Below are positions 39,649 to 53,124 of a stretch of 64,000 nucleotides of DNA, piece after piece. Positions within the stretch are counted from its first letter, which is position 1; every line of letters starts with the position of its first letter. Under the pieces are notes generated by a model, which saw only the letters and a list, made by a program, of their open reading frames with translations, was not told the DNA's origin and did no database searches. Origin of the DNA: Octopus sinensis. Lineage: Eukaryota. The stretch is taken from contig NC_043012.1 of the NCBI RefSeq assembly GCF_006345805.1, positions 14,632,001-14,696,000 on the forward strand, given 5' to 3'. Both the position numbers and the translations under genes were made by a program.

Positions 39649-39756
39649 CACAAAGTTTACGTCCCGTTCTTTCTTTCTTGCATGTTTCATTTCAGCTACT
39701 TCGAAGTTACTCTTCTGCATGTCATGCAGTTCTCGCTTTAACTGGGCCTTCTTTTC
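39649..39756 (-). CDS. CCDC81: CCDC81 exon (phase 0 to 0)
   Basis: tatttag / GTAAG. EKKAQLKRELHDMQKSNFEVAEMKHARKKERDVNFV. Confidence 0.88.
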
Positions 39757-40314
39757 CTAAATAGAAAAATATTCCAAATGAAAATTTATTAACATTTGGC
39801 TTTAAAAATCACATATGCCAGTGTAATTTTCACGTACAGCAATTAAAACAGATATCCATAATATTTTAATATATAAAAGCGAATGTATGTTTGTAGATAG
39901 GTTCTAAGGTGTAAGCCAAAATTCACATCTTTGCAAGAAGATCATAAGCTAACCACAGACGAACTGTAATTTCCAGGTGTTCCTGGAAAGCATGCCAATG
40001 AAAAATTATCTTGAATTTTTTAGTAACAAGACTTACCTGATGATCCATGTTTCATTTCGCCTGCTTCTCATAAATGATTGCCCATCATTGTTATAAGCTG
40101 TGATTTTTCAGGTCTCTATTTGTTTGTTACACATTATAAAACTCAACTTCAAAGGAAATTAAAATTATCAAACCCCCATCATATGACATAGCGGTGGGGG
40201 TCAGTTGAACACAGTACAACCCCACAACAAGGTGCCCACTCCCTGAGAAAATTTGAAAAATAATCAATTCTAGAGAAATTTTGAGGCCACATGGGACGTG
40301 CATTTGGCAACGTC

Positions 40315-41085
40315 TGTCTTGTAAGGGTCAATGTTTAGTATTTAATATTAAAGTAACTGAAAATAATAAGTGACCGGTTTCTATGGCATATGTGTTCCCC
40401 AACTGGACGGAATGCCAGTCCATCGCAGTGTTACTCATTTTTGCCAGCTGGGTGGACCGGAGCAACATGAAATGAAGTGTTTTGCTCAAGAACACAATGC
40501 GTCGCCCGGTCCAGTTGTTAATAAGATTACCCTGTTTTATCATTATGCTTACATTTAGAAGGCGGCGGGCTTGTCTTGTAAGGGTCAATGTTTAGTATTT
40601 AATATTAAAGTAACTGAAAATAATAAGTGACCGGTTTCTATGGCATATGTGTTCCCCAACTGGACGGAATGCCAGTCCATCGCAGTGTTACTCATTTTTG
40701 CCAGCTGGGTGGACCGGAGCAACATGAAATGAAGTGTTTTGCTCAAGAACACAATGTGTCGCCCGGTCCAGTTGTTAATAAGATTACCCTGTTTTATCAT
40801 TATGCTTACATTTAGAAGGCGGCGGGCTTGTCTTGTAAGGGTCAATGTTTAGTATTTAATATTAAAGTAACTGAAAATAATAAGTGACCGGTTTCTATGG
40901 CATATGTGTTCCCCAACTGGACGGAATGCCAGTCCATCGCAGTGTTACTCATTTTTGCCAGCTGGGTGGACCGGAGCAACATGAAATGAAGTGTTTTGCT
41001 CAAGAACACAATGCGTCGCCCGGTCCAGTTGTTAATAAGATTACCCTGTTTTATCATTATGCTTACATTTAGAAGGCGGCGGGCT
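40315..41085. repeat. Three tandem copies of a 257-bp unit
   Basis: Unit starts at 40315, 40572 and 40829. One substitution seen (aatgcgtcg vs aatgtgtcg). Confidence 0.95.
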
Positions 41086-41324
41086 GGCAGAGTCGTTAGT
41101 ACTTTATTTATCGATCCTGAAAGGATGAAAGGCAAAGTCGACCTCGGCGGAATTTGAACTCAGAACGTAGCAGCAGACGAAATACCGCTAAGCATTTCGC
41201 CCGGCGTGCTAACGACTCTGCCAGCTCGCCGCTTTCTAAATGTAAGCATAATGATAAAACAGGGTAATCTTATTAACAACTCATCTTGAGCATTTGGATA
41301 TTTAAAATGTTTATTGTTAGTTAC

Positions 41325-41547
41325 CTTCTCCTGCAAAAGATGTTCCGTGTTCTTCATTTCAGAATATTTCTGAAGCAGCAGACCTTCTTCTTTATCTCTG
41401 CGAGCTTTCTCTTCTGTAAACGGCATGTAGACATTCCGTTGTTCACGCTGGTGACACAAGTAGCATATCTCCTGCCCACCACCATGGTGTTCACAGCAAG
41501 CTTGTACAACTGGCTCCCGTGCTGTGTGACTTTGCCGATAGGAAGAT
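41325..41547 (-). CDS. CCDC81: CCDC81 exon (phase 2 to 0)
   Basis: ttttag / GTAAC. ACCEHHGGGQEICYLCHQREQRN conserved motif. Confidence 0.92.
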
Positions 41548-43289
41548 CTAAAATTCACGTAACACTATTCGTCAAGCGCTCATTAGAATATGAAGATTAT
41601 GAAGATTATATATATGCGAACACATGCATGTGCGTGTGTGTAAGTATGTATATATGTGTGTATATATGTAATATATATGATATATATATTCATATATATC
41701 CTTTAAGTTCGCTTATGGGAAATGTTTTTGTTTATGTATCTAAAAGTTCCAAAAAAAAAACCCCAATAGCTCAAGAATCACTTGTCTGATTTACGCGAAA
41801 CTTGTTCCGTTTGTATTCACATTTCAGGGGAACTTTAATTTATAGTATTTTCCCATTATGCACCAGTTTTGTTGTGCAACATTGCAAACAAGCAAGCAAG
41901 ATTGAAGTCCATTTTTGATAATATAAAGATGTAGCTATATGGATGGTGTAGGCGTGGCTGTGTGGTAGGAAGCTTGCTTCCTAGCCACATGGTTCCGGGT
42001 TCAGTCCCACTGCATGATATCTTGGGTAAGTGTGTCCTACAATAGCCTCAGGCTGACCAAATCCTTGTGAGTGAATTTGGTAGAGGGGAAACTGAAAGAA
42101 GCCTGTCATATATGTATTTATGTGTCTGTGTCCCCCCACCCCGTACCATCACTTGACAACCGATGTTGGTACGTTTATGTCTCCGTAAATTAACAGTTCA
42201 ACAAGTTAACATATAAATAGGAGTAATCCATCCCAAACCACACCCAGACTCCACATAAAAGCAGGAAATGAGGTTTTATTTGTCCTCCCAGCAATGCCAA
42301 ATACATAAATATATGTGTGTTTTGGTGTGCTCGTGCGTGTGTGTGTGTGTTTGTTAATCCTACACTTGTCAGGTCTGAATAACAAATAAATTATTCAACA
42401 TGGCTGCTCTGTAAAATTCTATTATGAGAAAGCCGAAGGAAATAGAAGGCCAAACTCATTTCATTATAGAGAAGAAATATATGTGCCATAGGCCAACAGA
42501 CGGAAATGTAGACATCAAAATTCTTTCATTTGATATTATAAATGAAAATCATATTTAGCAAAAGACTGAGGATGTTCATATTGAAAGATAAAATACACTT
42601 ACGGCCATGTAACATTACATCAGTTTTATGTGAAACAGAGGTCATTCCCTACCACACCGAACTTAACGTTGGAGGAAAGCTTTATATTATAATCAATTTA
42701 AGCAAAGATTCTATTACTACTTGCTGTCATTCAATCACCTGGACAAGGACATCCAATATTAATGTGGCGTATGCAATCGTTGAAGGATTAAAAAACAGGA
42801 CGTCAGATGGAAATTATTTAAGAGACCAAAAACATACTTTTATAGAATTAAAACATGCAAACTTTGATTGGGCAGAAATTATACAAAACTTTTTCTAATG
42901 TCTGTCTCAGCTTTAAACATGAAATGTTTACAAGATGTCCTCGAATAGCCAGAGACATACTAACAAACTGGAAAGCACAGCAATTGAACAACAAAACATT
43001 ATCAGGAACCACCCTACTATGAAAGGAAACTTCTTACATGTTCAGTTTTCTTTCTTCATCTTATGTTCTTTCTCTCTTTTTTTTTCCTCTTTTCTTATGT
43101 TTCCCCTTTCCCCTTCCTCTTCTGTTTCTTCAAATTCCTTCTTTTACCCATTCCACGAAACAGATTCATGATCTGGAGCTGAAATACCTTTGCTCAAATT
43201 TTATTGCTTACAGTACTCAAACAATGAGGTCAAGTGGACAGACAGTATATTATCAGGTCATTAATGTCTGGTTTTGAACTGAAAATTTA

Positions 43290-43875
43290 TTTTACTTATA
43301 TCAACAAAAAGCAGTATACACCTAAGTTATCGACACAATTTTACCATTTTCTCGGTAGCTTATTTACGCTGGCAATGAAGAATTCTGGAGAGCAAGAGGT
43401 GATGAAATTACGAAAGGCTGTTTTTGCATCTTCTTCAGATTTGAAATTTTTACCTTCCCAAAAGTTGTCTAATGCCTGGAAAACGTGATAGTCAGTTGGT
43501 GCAAGGTTTAATGAATATGATGGATGACTGAGTACTTCCAGGTTCAGTTCATGTAACTTGAGTAGCATTCTCTATGCAACATGTGGTTGAGCAAGAGAAT
43601 TGCAAGAGAATTGGCCTGTCTCCATTGACCAACCTCACTCGTTTAATTGCAAGTTCACTCATCATTTCATCCAATTGGTTGATGTATACATCTGCTGTAA
43701 TTGACTTACCGAGTCTCATGAAGCTGTTGTGGATGACACCAGTGCTGGACCACCAAACAGACATCATTAGCTTTTATTTTTGTGAATATTCTTTTTTGGG
43801 ATTGCGTTTTGGTACACTTCGTCTCTATCCAACCACTGTGCAGAACGCTTGCTATTGTTGAAAAGAATCCATATG
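43290..43875 (-). mobile_element. Mariner transposase fossil
   Basis: MSVWWSSTGVI...HPSYSLNLAPTDYHVFQALDNF (YSPDLAPxD motif), frameshifted. Confidence 0.85.
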
Positions 43876-44183
43876 AAATACCCATTTTTCTAGTTTCTCA
43901 GCCTAAGAAATACTAAAAGTAATTACCCAATCAATGATGGGTATTATTGCTAATATGTGTGTGTGTGTCTTTGCTTGCCACTCCATTGCCTGACAATCGG
44001 TGTTGGTTTGTTTATATTCTTGTAACTTAGCATTTCAGCAAAAAGGTACCAATAGAATAAGTACCAGACTTAAAAATAAGTACTGGGGGCGGTTTGTTTG
44101 ACTGCAACCCTTTGAGGCAGTGCTCCAGCATGGCCACAATCCAATGGCTGAAACAGATGGAAGATAAAAGATCAGAAACTCAC

Positions 44184-44379
44184 CTTCTTCTACGATTTAA
44201 AGACCCAGCAGATCGAGATTTTTCTAACACTGGAAAGCAATTGTTAAAGTCTTCAGTGTGTGCTTCCTTTGCAAAGTTTGGTTTACCATATTGTGCTTTT
44301 GTTGAAGTATCTTCCAACGAATAAACACTTCGGTTAGAAAAATTCTCAACTTCATCATTTCTGTAAGACATATCAGGAT
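44184..44379 (-). CDS. CCDC81: CCDC81 exon (phase 1 to 2)
   Basis: tttttgtag / GTGAGT. Open frame PDMSYRNDEV...SLNRRR, with phases fitting both neighbours. Confidence 0.82.
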
Positions 44380-46157
44380 CTACAAAAAGAAAAATAATTG
44401 ATGTCTTAAAATGTTTTGAAGTCTGGATGGAGAACCTGAGGTTCAACTGCTGTGTTGAATGTTCATCATCCCACCAGTCTGCCATCACCCCTTCCTTCCT
44501 TATTCATATGTTGTGACAGAGAAAAACACATGAGTATATTATTATAATGTGTGTGTGTGACCCCCTTCAGTCATGAATAACCATAGGATTGCATCTAGAA
44601 AGTCACCCTCAGAGGCACAAGTCTGAGCAAGGTTGTTTATGGAAGACCAGCAGTCGCCCATGCATACCGGCCTCCCCTCTCCACGCCACCAACGTTGTCC
44701 AAGGAAAAGGCAAAAGGGCTGATACAACTTGGCACCAGTGACGTCGCAGCTCATTTATTAACGTGCAAGTGGCTGAGCACTCCACAGACACGTGTACCCT
44801 TAACGTAGTTCTTGGGGAGATTCAGCATGACACAGAGTGGGACAAGGCTGGCCCTTTGGAATACAGGTACTACAGAAACAGGAAGAAAGAGTGAGAGAAA
44901 GTTGCGGTGAAAGAGTACAGCAGGGTTCACTATCACCCCCTGCCGGAGCCTCGTGGAGCTTTTAGGTGTTTTCGCTCAATAAACACTCACAATGCTCGGT
45001 CTGGGAATCGAAACCGCAATCTTACAACCGCGAGTCCGCTGCCCAAACCACTGGGCCATTGCGCCTTGACATATTATTATAGTAGAAGATTAATAATGAA
45101 GATCTTTGATGGAGAACTGACAGCTACATTGACCTGGCCAGATAACCACACAGAAGAACCACATTGGCTTGAATTTTCTCATCATTATTAATTCTTTCTA
45201 CTATGAGCACAAAGCCTGAAATTTTGTTGGAAGGGGCTTAGTTAACCACATCAGCCCCAGTGCTCAACTGGTACTTATTTTATTGCCACCAAAAGGATGA
45301 AAGACAAAGCTGACCTCTTTTGCCCAGTGTGCTAACAATTCTGCCAACTTGCTGCCTTCTTTCTTGTCTTTGATAATGGAAATAGCTAAAACATAAATGA
45401 TAAATCCTCGATTCTTTACAATGCCAAACCAGTTATAAGCAAGTTCTGATATTAAATTTCACAAGGCGCAGAAGTGGCTGTGTAATAAGTAGCTTGCTTA
45501 CCAACCACATGGTTCCAAGTTCATTCCCACTGTGTGGCACCTTGGGCAAGTGTCTTCTACTATAGCCTCGGGCTGACCAAAGCCTTATGAGTGGATTTGG
45601 TAGATGGAAACTGAAAGTCTTATGCATCTCTTATTATAAAAGGCAGATTTTATCTGCCTCCCTTTGGGAGTTATACAAATCTACAATATAGGATTTCTTC
45701 AATTACAATTTACCTAGCATTTTTAAGAGTACAATGCATCGCGTCATGCCAGGTCCAGTTTTTTAAATTTAAACTCCAATTAAGCAAAATTTACAGAAAA
45801 CTCACATTCTGGTGTGTGTGTCAAATGCTTTTCTTAGTCTGGTTTACAGCACACGCAAACGCACACACACAGTGTGCAACAAATAAAGTGAAACTAGATG
45901 TAATATTTGTTTCTGTCATCACACTGATAGATACATAAGTAAAATGTATGGGAAGCTAACAGATAAGAGTGAGTGAAAATGTTCTTGGAAGAGTGTAAAT
46001 TAGCGACAGAGTGATTTGAGGGAGACTAAACTGAAAGTAAATAGCGAGAGAGAGTGATTTGAGGAAGACTTTACATTAAATAACCGTAGTGGCTTGTGTT
46101 AGTAATAAAGTAAACATACACTCATACATACATACATACATACATACATACATACAT

Positions 46158-46188
<31 letters not shown>

Positions 46189-46437
46189 TACACACACACA
46201 CACATACACACACATACATACATACACACATACATACATACATACATATACATACATACATACACACACACATACACACACACACAGTATTGAAGCTTGA
46301 GAACAATGTGTTAGTAATAAAGTAAACATACACTCATACATACATACATACATACATACATACATACACACACACACACGCATACACACACATACACACA
46401 CACATACATACATACACACACACATACATACATACAC

Positions 46438-46468
<31 letters not shown>

Positions 46469-46770
46469 CATACATACATACACACACACACACATACACA
46501 CACACACAGTATTGAAGCTTGAGAACAATCAGATACATTTGCAACACATCTGTTGAAAATATTATTGTTCACACACATACATATACATATATACATACAG
46601 ACAGACAGACAGATAGACACATACACACACACACACACACACACATGATCCAGCATGGCCACAACCTCAAGGCTGAAACATATAAAAGAATAACAGAATA
46701 TAAATGTGTGCATGTGTGTGAGAGAGAGAGTGTGTGTGTACATGTATGTATGTATGTATGTATATATATA

Positions 46771-47361
46771 TAATAATGCGGTTTTTTCAACAGCTTGAAT
46801 TAAAAGTCAGAGGGGAATGGGATAAACTACTTATATTAACTTGCTATAAAAGCAGGTAGTAATTTTATCTTGTCCTTATTCATAGTGCAAGTTTTGAAGA
46901 GTGCATTTCGATTTTAACAGCTATTTTTTTCAAAGCTATATTGGAAGTAACAAAGGAGCATATTTGGCATATTTTGCTTTATGAGTTCAATAAAGACAAC
47001 AATGCAACGGAAAGTACAAGAAATATTAATGCAGTATATGGGGATTGGACAATAAGCGTAAGGCAGTGTCAATGGTGGTTCCAGAAATTCCGAGCCATAA
47101 ACTACAGCCTAGAAGACGAGCCTCATTCTGAAAGATCTGTAGAACTCGACAAGGACATCCTGAAAACCCTGGTGGAACAAAATCGCATCGTAACTGTTGA
47201 GGAACTAGCAGAGAAGCTTGGATTTGGTCATTCAACCATTCATTGATACCTGTGTGCTATCGGAAAAGTCAGCAAATTGGGTCAATGGGTTCCTCACGAA
47301 CTTTCTGAGTCTAATTGCATGCAGAGAGTGAATGTATGCTTTTCTTTGCTGTCACATCTCA
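46771..47361 (+). mobile_element. Mariner fossil, 5' half (HTH domains)
   Basis: EHIWHILLYEF...WWFQKFR...SLEDEP...WVPHELS. Same family as 60492-61461. Confidence 0.85.
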
Positions 47362-47381
47362 CCACTACTGCGCTATGTATA

Positions 47382-48018
47382 TCTATATATATAAAACTGT
47401 AGTTGTGTGAGTGTCTGTCCCCTTCGATTTAGATTCCTAACTACTCCCACATTTTGCGGTGCAGTTTAACCAAATTCGGGTAGCTTATAGTCGTGATTCA
47501 TATCGAGCCCGTCTGAGTATTAGCGCACGTCTACGATGAGTCTACGATTTAAAAATAATTTAACATCATTTTTTATTCCATTTTTAATGCATAATTTTTC
47601 GTGTGTCGATGGCGGCGGAGCTGGCGTCCACGCTCACACCTGCACCTGTGGGGAAGGGAGTGTAAGGAAATCAACGTCGTAATGCGTTGTCAAGGAGACC
47701 AGCGTTCTTTTAGAACAACGACTTCATGGCTTGAAGACACCAAAACAGAAATGGCTAAGAAAGCGTCTACATGAGTCTACGATTTAAAAAAAAATTTACC
47801 ATCGTTTTTTTTCCATTTTAATGCATTTTTTCGCTATTATATAAGGGAAGTAACTCTCTAAAAATGTCTACGATGAGTCAACGATTTTTTAAAAAATTTA
47901 CCATCATATTTTTTCCATTTTTAATGCATTTTTTGCTATTTTTTGGCTATAACTCTCTAAAAATGCTTATATAGTTATTTCCCTTACAAACCCGAGCAAC
48001 GCCGGGCGATACTGCTAG
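47382..48018 (+). mobile_element. Non-autonomous Helitron, family A
   Basis: A|TCTATATATATAAAA start, cccgagcaacgccggg hairpin, CTAG|T end, no TSD. Confidence 0.85.
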
Positions 48019-48435
48019 TGTATGTATATGTATATATATATATGTGTATGTATATGTATATATACATATATATGTATGTATGTATATGTATATATATATG
48101 TATGTATATATACATACATATATATGTATGTATATGTATATATATATATGTATGTATGTGTGTGTATATGTTTGTGTGTTTGTGTTTGTCCCCCCAACAT
48201 CACTTGACAACCGATGCTGGTGTGTTTACGTCCTAGTAACTTAGCAGTTTGGCAAAAGAGACCAATAGAATAAGTGCTAGGCTTCCAAAGAATAAGTCCT
48301 GGGGTCGATTTGCCCGACTAAATGCGGTGCTCCAGCATGGCCGCAATCAAAAGTCTGAAGAAGAGTAAGGATCAAAATACTACACTGAAAGGAAAATAGG
48401 AAAAATGTCAAATAACAAAGGGAGATAAGACTTAC

Positions 48436-48749
48436 TGGCAATGTTTTGACCAGTTATCAAAATCGCTGGTCCTGTGTTCCTCTCAGCGTTTGTTCTCATC
48501 ACATTTTCAATTATGACATTAGTAGCTGCATCTGCAACAGGGGTGAATTCTGCAGGTGGGCTGTGGGCAGGTGTGTTTTCAGCAGGAACATTGTCAATGT
48601 TAAGCTCTAAAGCAGGAACAAAAGGATTTTCATCTAATCCATCATCTGTGACAAGTGGTTCTTCAGGTAGAGCTTCCGGAACATTCTCTTCGAAATTTTC
48701 CTCAAGAACTTGGTTCATCTGACAGGGACTTTCAGCAGCTTTCAAAGAA
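48436..48749 (-). CDS. CCDC81: CCDC81 exon (phase 2 to 1), acidic Pro/Glu-rich linker
   Basis: cttaaag / GTAAGT. Stop-free 104 codons bridging exons 59922-59992 and 44184-44379 in frame. Confidence 0.8.
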
Positions 48750-48884
48750 CTTTAAGATAAACAGAAGTAATAAAAACAGATATTTTAAGGACCTGTAAAA
48801 CATACCTGTTGGTATTTAAACCTTGATTTAGTCACATTAAGTAAATATCAAACAAATCTGTGGCTTCTACCCCTGATCGCTATA

Positions 48885-49319
48885 TCTATAAACGGCAAAA
48901 TGTCTGTGAATCTGTGTGTCTGTGTGCCCTTTATATAAATCCACAGTTTTTCACGTAAAAGGCTCGCATTTTATATGGGCTTTCAAAACTGTCTGAGGGT
49001 GGTCGTAAAGATCTTTTCATTTCCCCAGTCACCCCAGAAAGCCATTAAAAAAAATCAATAAACCGACCCCTTTTTGCCCAACAGTTGAATGCACGTGCGC
49101 ATTTGCAGACAGTCTGCATGACTCTGCACATTTTTGTGTTTTGCAAAGACGCGTTATCATGTGTTTTGGCTTTCAAACGTGCACGCTTTTTTGATTTGAG
49201 AAATGCAAGGGATTAATTAACGAGTTAGACCGAGTGAATAACAAGAGAGAGGGATTTTCATGAAAGACCAAATATGCTCAACTCGCACTAGACCCAGCAA
49301 CACCAGGTCATAGTGCTAG
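48885..49319 (+). mobile_element. Non-autonomous Helitron, family B
   Basis: A|TCTATAAACGGCAAAA start, gacccagcaacaccaggtc hairpin, CTAG|T end. Confidence 0.75.
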
Positions 49320-49933
49320 TAGAACTATATTCTATTAGTGTTTTACAGATATGGCTGCATGGTGAAGAAACCTGCTTTGCAAGTATGTGGTAAAGGTAAA
49401 GGTAAAGATACCTTTTCAAGTCATGCTAACTCATCAGGGCCAGTTTTCTGGTTTCCATGGCATATAAAATCCCTATCTGAATGGGATGCCGGTCCATTGC
49501 AGGATTACTGATTTTTGCCAGCTGAGTGGACTAGTCCAATGTGAAATGAAGTGTTTTGCTCAAGAACACAATGTATCACCTGGTCCAGGAATTGAAACCA
49601 ATGCCTTGTAGGTTAATTTGATTGGTGGAAACTGAATGGAAGCCTGCCCTGTTTATAATCATCTTCATCACCATCATCACATTTTAATGACCTCTTTTCC
49701 AGGCTTCCCTGATTTGAACAAAATTTGTTGAGGTGGATTTTTTCAGTAATTAGATGCCCTTCCTATCACCAACCCACGCTTCTTTCCAAATAAGGTAATA
49801 TTTCCCTGTGACCAGACATGTTTGCACAGAATGTTGAGAATGAAGGACACTGTTTGCATTATGGTAATTTACAACTATCATGCGATGTCAAGGCAAGGAG
49901 ATAGCAACACACACAAAGATACATGCTTACATG

Positions 49934-49972
<39 letters not shown>

Positions 49973-50764
49973 ACATATATATTATATATAAGGTCTGCAG
50001 AAGTGTCACGGCTGCTCCTGCTGATGAAGAGGATTGGGTGGTAAGAGTCCTGTGCCGGTGCCATGTTAAAGCACCCATCACACTCTTAAAGTGGTTGGCA
50101 TTAGGAAAGCCATAGAAACCAAGCCAAAACAGACAACTGGAAGATGAGGATGATGATGGGCTTCTTGCAGTTTCCATCTACTAAATCCACATAAGACTTT
50201 GATCCACCCAAAGCTATAGTAGAAGATGTTTGCCCAAAATGATATGCAGTGGGACTGAACCCAAAACCTTGCGGTTAGGAATGAAACCATATGGTTAAAG
50301 CATGTGTGCACATATATGAGGGGAGGGGAGAAAATGTGTGTGTATGTGTGTGTGTCTGTGTGAATGTCTGTTGATGATGGTGATTAAGCTGATATCGATG
50401 AACAAGGAATGAGAGAATATGGGAAAAAGGAATATAAAACATCCAGTTTTTCACCCTTTTAATTATTATACCCCACCCCACCCACCCAGTTCGAAATCAA
50501 TTTTTACAATAACATCACCTCAAACTTCGCCAACAGGTCATCCATTGCTTTGTTTTCTTGCTTAAAATTATGACTTGTTTCTTAAAAACAATAGATTAAA
50601 TTACATACAACTTAATTTCTTCACCTTAATCAGTCAAGCTTTGATTTGTCTCAAATTAAACCAACGACTCTTGACTGAACCCTTTATTTTCCTTCACTCA
50701 GTATGGAGCCCCCTGCAATGGGGTGGAGGGTTAACTTAGTATAAACTGTGGTGACTGTAAAATA

Positions 50765-51064
50765 GATGGATGGATGGTTGGTTGGATGGATGGATGGATG
50801 GATGAGTGGATGGATGGATGGATGGATGAGTGGATGGATGGATGGATGGATGGATGGATGGATGGGTGGATGGGTGGATGGATGGATGGATGACCAGACA
50901 AATGGATGGACCTATAGATACATAGATATTTGGATAGACACAGACAGACACACAGAGTGACAGACACACAGAGTGACAGACAGACAGGCAGGCAGACAGA
51001 CAGACAGACAGACAGATAGATAGATAGGTAGATAGATAGATAGATAGATAGATAGGTAGATAGG

Positions 51065-51123
<59 letters not shown>

Positions 51124-51345
51124 TCAGGGTGGGGTGGATGAATGGATGAATTTTGTGGAAGTGTCAGAGAGACAGATTGAGAAAAAAAGACATGAGGGAG
51201 AGAGGGAGAGGAGAAGGAGGGAGAGAAGGAGGAAAGAGAGGGAGAGAAGGCGGAAAGAGAGGGAGAGAGGGAGAGGAGAAGGAGGGAGAGAAGGAGGAAA
51301 GAGAGGGAGAGAAGGCAGAAAGAGAGGGAGGAGTTGGAAATAAGT
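50765..51345. repeat. Graded microsatellite block (GGAT)n-(GACA)n-(GATA)n followed by a polypurine tract
   Basis: Seen directly. Confidence 0.9.
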
Positions 51346-51484
51346 GGGGGAGAGAATGGGTGGGAGAGTGAGAAAGACAAGGTTAGGGGGTTTGTGATAG
51401 GGAGCTGTAAATACACAAATAGTTAAATCCTGCTGGATGTGAATCTGAAGCGATTATCTTTCTCCAGTATCAACTCTAAAATAA

Positions 51485-51972
51485 CAACACCAACAACATC
51501 ATCATCATCATCATCAACAGGACCATCATCACTGCCAGCAGCAGCAGCAGCAGAACCACTACCACCACCGCCATAATTACTGCTGCCACCATGACCACCA
51601 CCACCATCATCACCACCACCATCGCTCTCTACATCCCATTAACACCACAATGCTCAGTAAGAACCGCAACATTATATCAACATCTCCAAAAACAGGAATG
51701 CAACCACCACCACCACACCACCACCACCACCACCACCACCATCAAAGTTGATACCAATGCAACTACCACCACCAACAACAACAACAACAACAACAAAAAC
51801 ATGTCAACCATAATCACCACCACCACCACCACCACCATCACCACTGCCACCACCACCACCACCATCACCACTGCCACCACCACCACCACCACTAGTAATA
51901 GTAACACTAATAACACATCTGACATCATTAGCATCACCAACACCATCACCATCACCATCCTCACCACCACCT
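51485..51972. repeat. (ACC/AAC/ATC)n low-complexity tract
   Basis: Seen directly. Confidence 0.9.
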
Positions 51973-52309
51973 TTCCTTTCCTAAAAATAAAAATATATTC
52001 TTTTCTACTCGAGGCACATGGCCAGAAATTTTGGGGGAGGTGGGAGCGGGTGATTAGATTGACCCCTGCAATATGCAACTGGTACTTAATTTATCCACCC
52101 TGAAAGGATGAAAGGCAAAGTCGACCTCGGTGGAATCTGAACTCAAAAAGTAAAGACAGATGAAATACCACTCAGCATTTCACTTGGTCTGCTAACGATT
52201 CTGCCAGCTCATCACCTTTCCTAAACAAAAAAAATACTTTACTGCTCTAATGCTTCAGAGTATGCTTCCTCTTCAGACATTGGAGCTACTGACAATTTAT
52301 ATATATATA

Positions 52310-52822
52310 CTAGCAGTATCGCCCGGCGTTGCTCGGGTTTGTAAGGGAAATAACTATATAAGCATTTTTAGAGAGTTACTTCCCTTATAGATGCCAATTC
52401 GGGCTTTCTTAGCCATTTCTGTTTTGGTGTCTTCAAGCCATGAAGTCGTTGTTCTAAAAGAACGCTGGTCTCCTTGACAACGCTTTACGACATTGATTTC
52501 CTTACACTCCCTTCCCCACAGCTTCACGAGGGAGGGAAGAAGGGGGAGAAGCAAACAGGTGCAGGTGTGACCATGGACGCTAACTCTGCCTGCATCAACA
52601 CACGAAAAATTATGCATTAAAATGGAATAAAAAATGATGTTAAATTATTTTTAAAATCGTAGACTCATCGTAGACACGCGCTAATACTCAAACGGGCTTG
52701 ATATGAATCACGACTATAAGATACCCGAATTTGGTTAAACTGCACCGCAAAATGTGGGAGTAGTTAAGAATCTAAATCGAAGGGGACAGACACTCACACA
52801 ACTACAGTTTTATATATATAGA
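52310..52822 (-). mobile_element. Non-autonomous Helitron, family A (inverted relative to 47382-48018)
   Basis: Reverse complement shows A|TC start and hairpin-CTAG|T end. Confidence 0.85.
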
Positions 52823-53038
52823 TATATAAACAATTGCAGCATGGAAGGTGTTTATAAGCCATTTAAGAAACACACAAAAACCGTTAGATTCACTTCAACA
52901 TTTAAATTTAATTTGTCAGTGAATCAAAACAGTTTTGTGTGTTTCTTAAATGGCTTATAAACACCTTCCACGCTGCAATTGTTTTCGTTCCAGCACACAA
53001 TCTCAGATCAAGTCACTTGCTATGCAAGTACATCTCTG

Positions 53039-53103
<65 letters not shown>

Positions 53104-53124
53104 ATTTATGTGTTATCTGCATAT

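Noticed and set aside
40037-40095. Extra CCDC81 exon with a strong CAG/GTAAGT donor
   Set aside because: Candidate acceptors give in-frame stops in phase 0
44555-44755. HDV-like ribozyme in an RTE-UTR-like repeat
   Set aside because: Could not assign P1-P3 pairings by eye. Needs a descriptor search.
49405-49442. Minus-strand CTGATGA...GAAA hammerhead
   Set aside because: No stem I or stem III pairing. It lies in a SINE/LINE tail with (AAAGGT)n.
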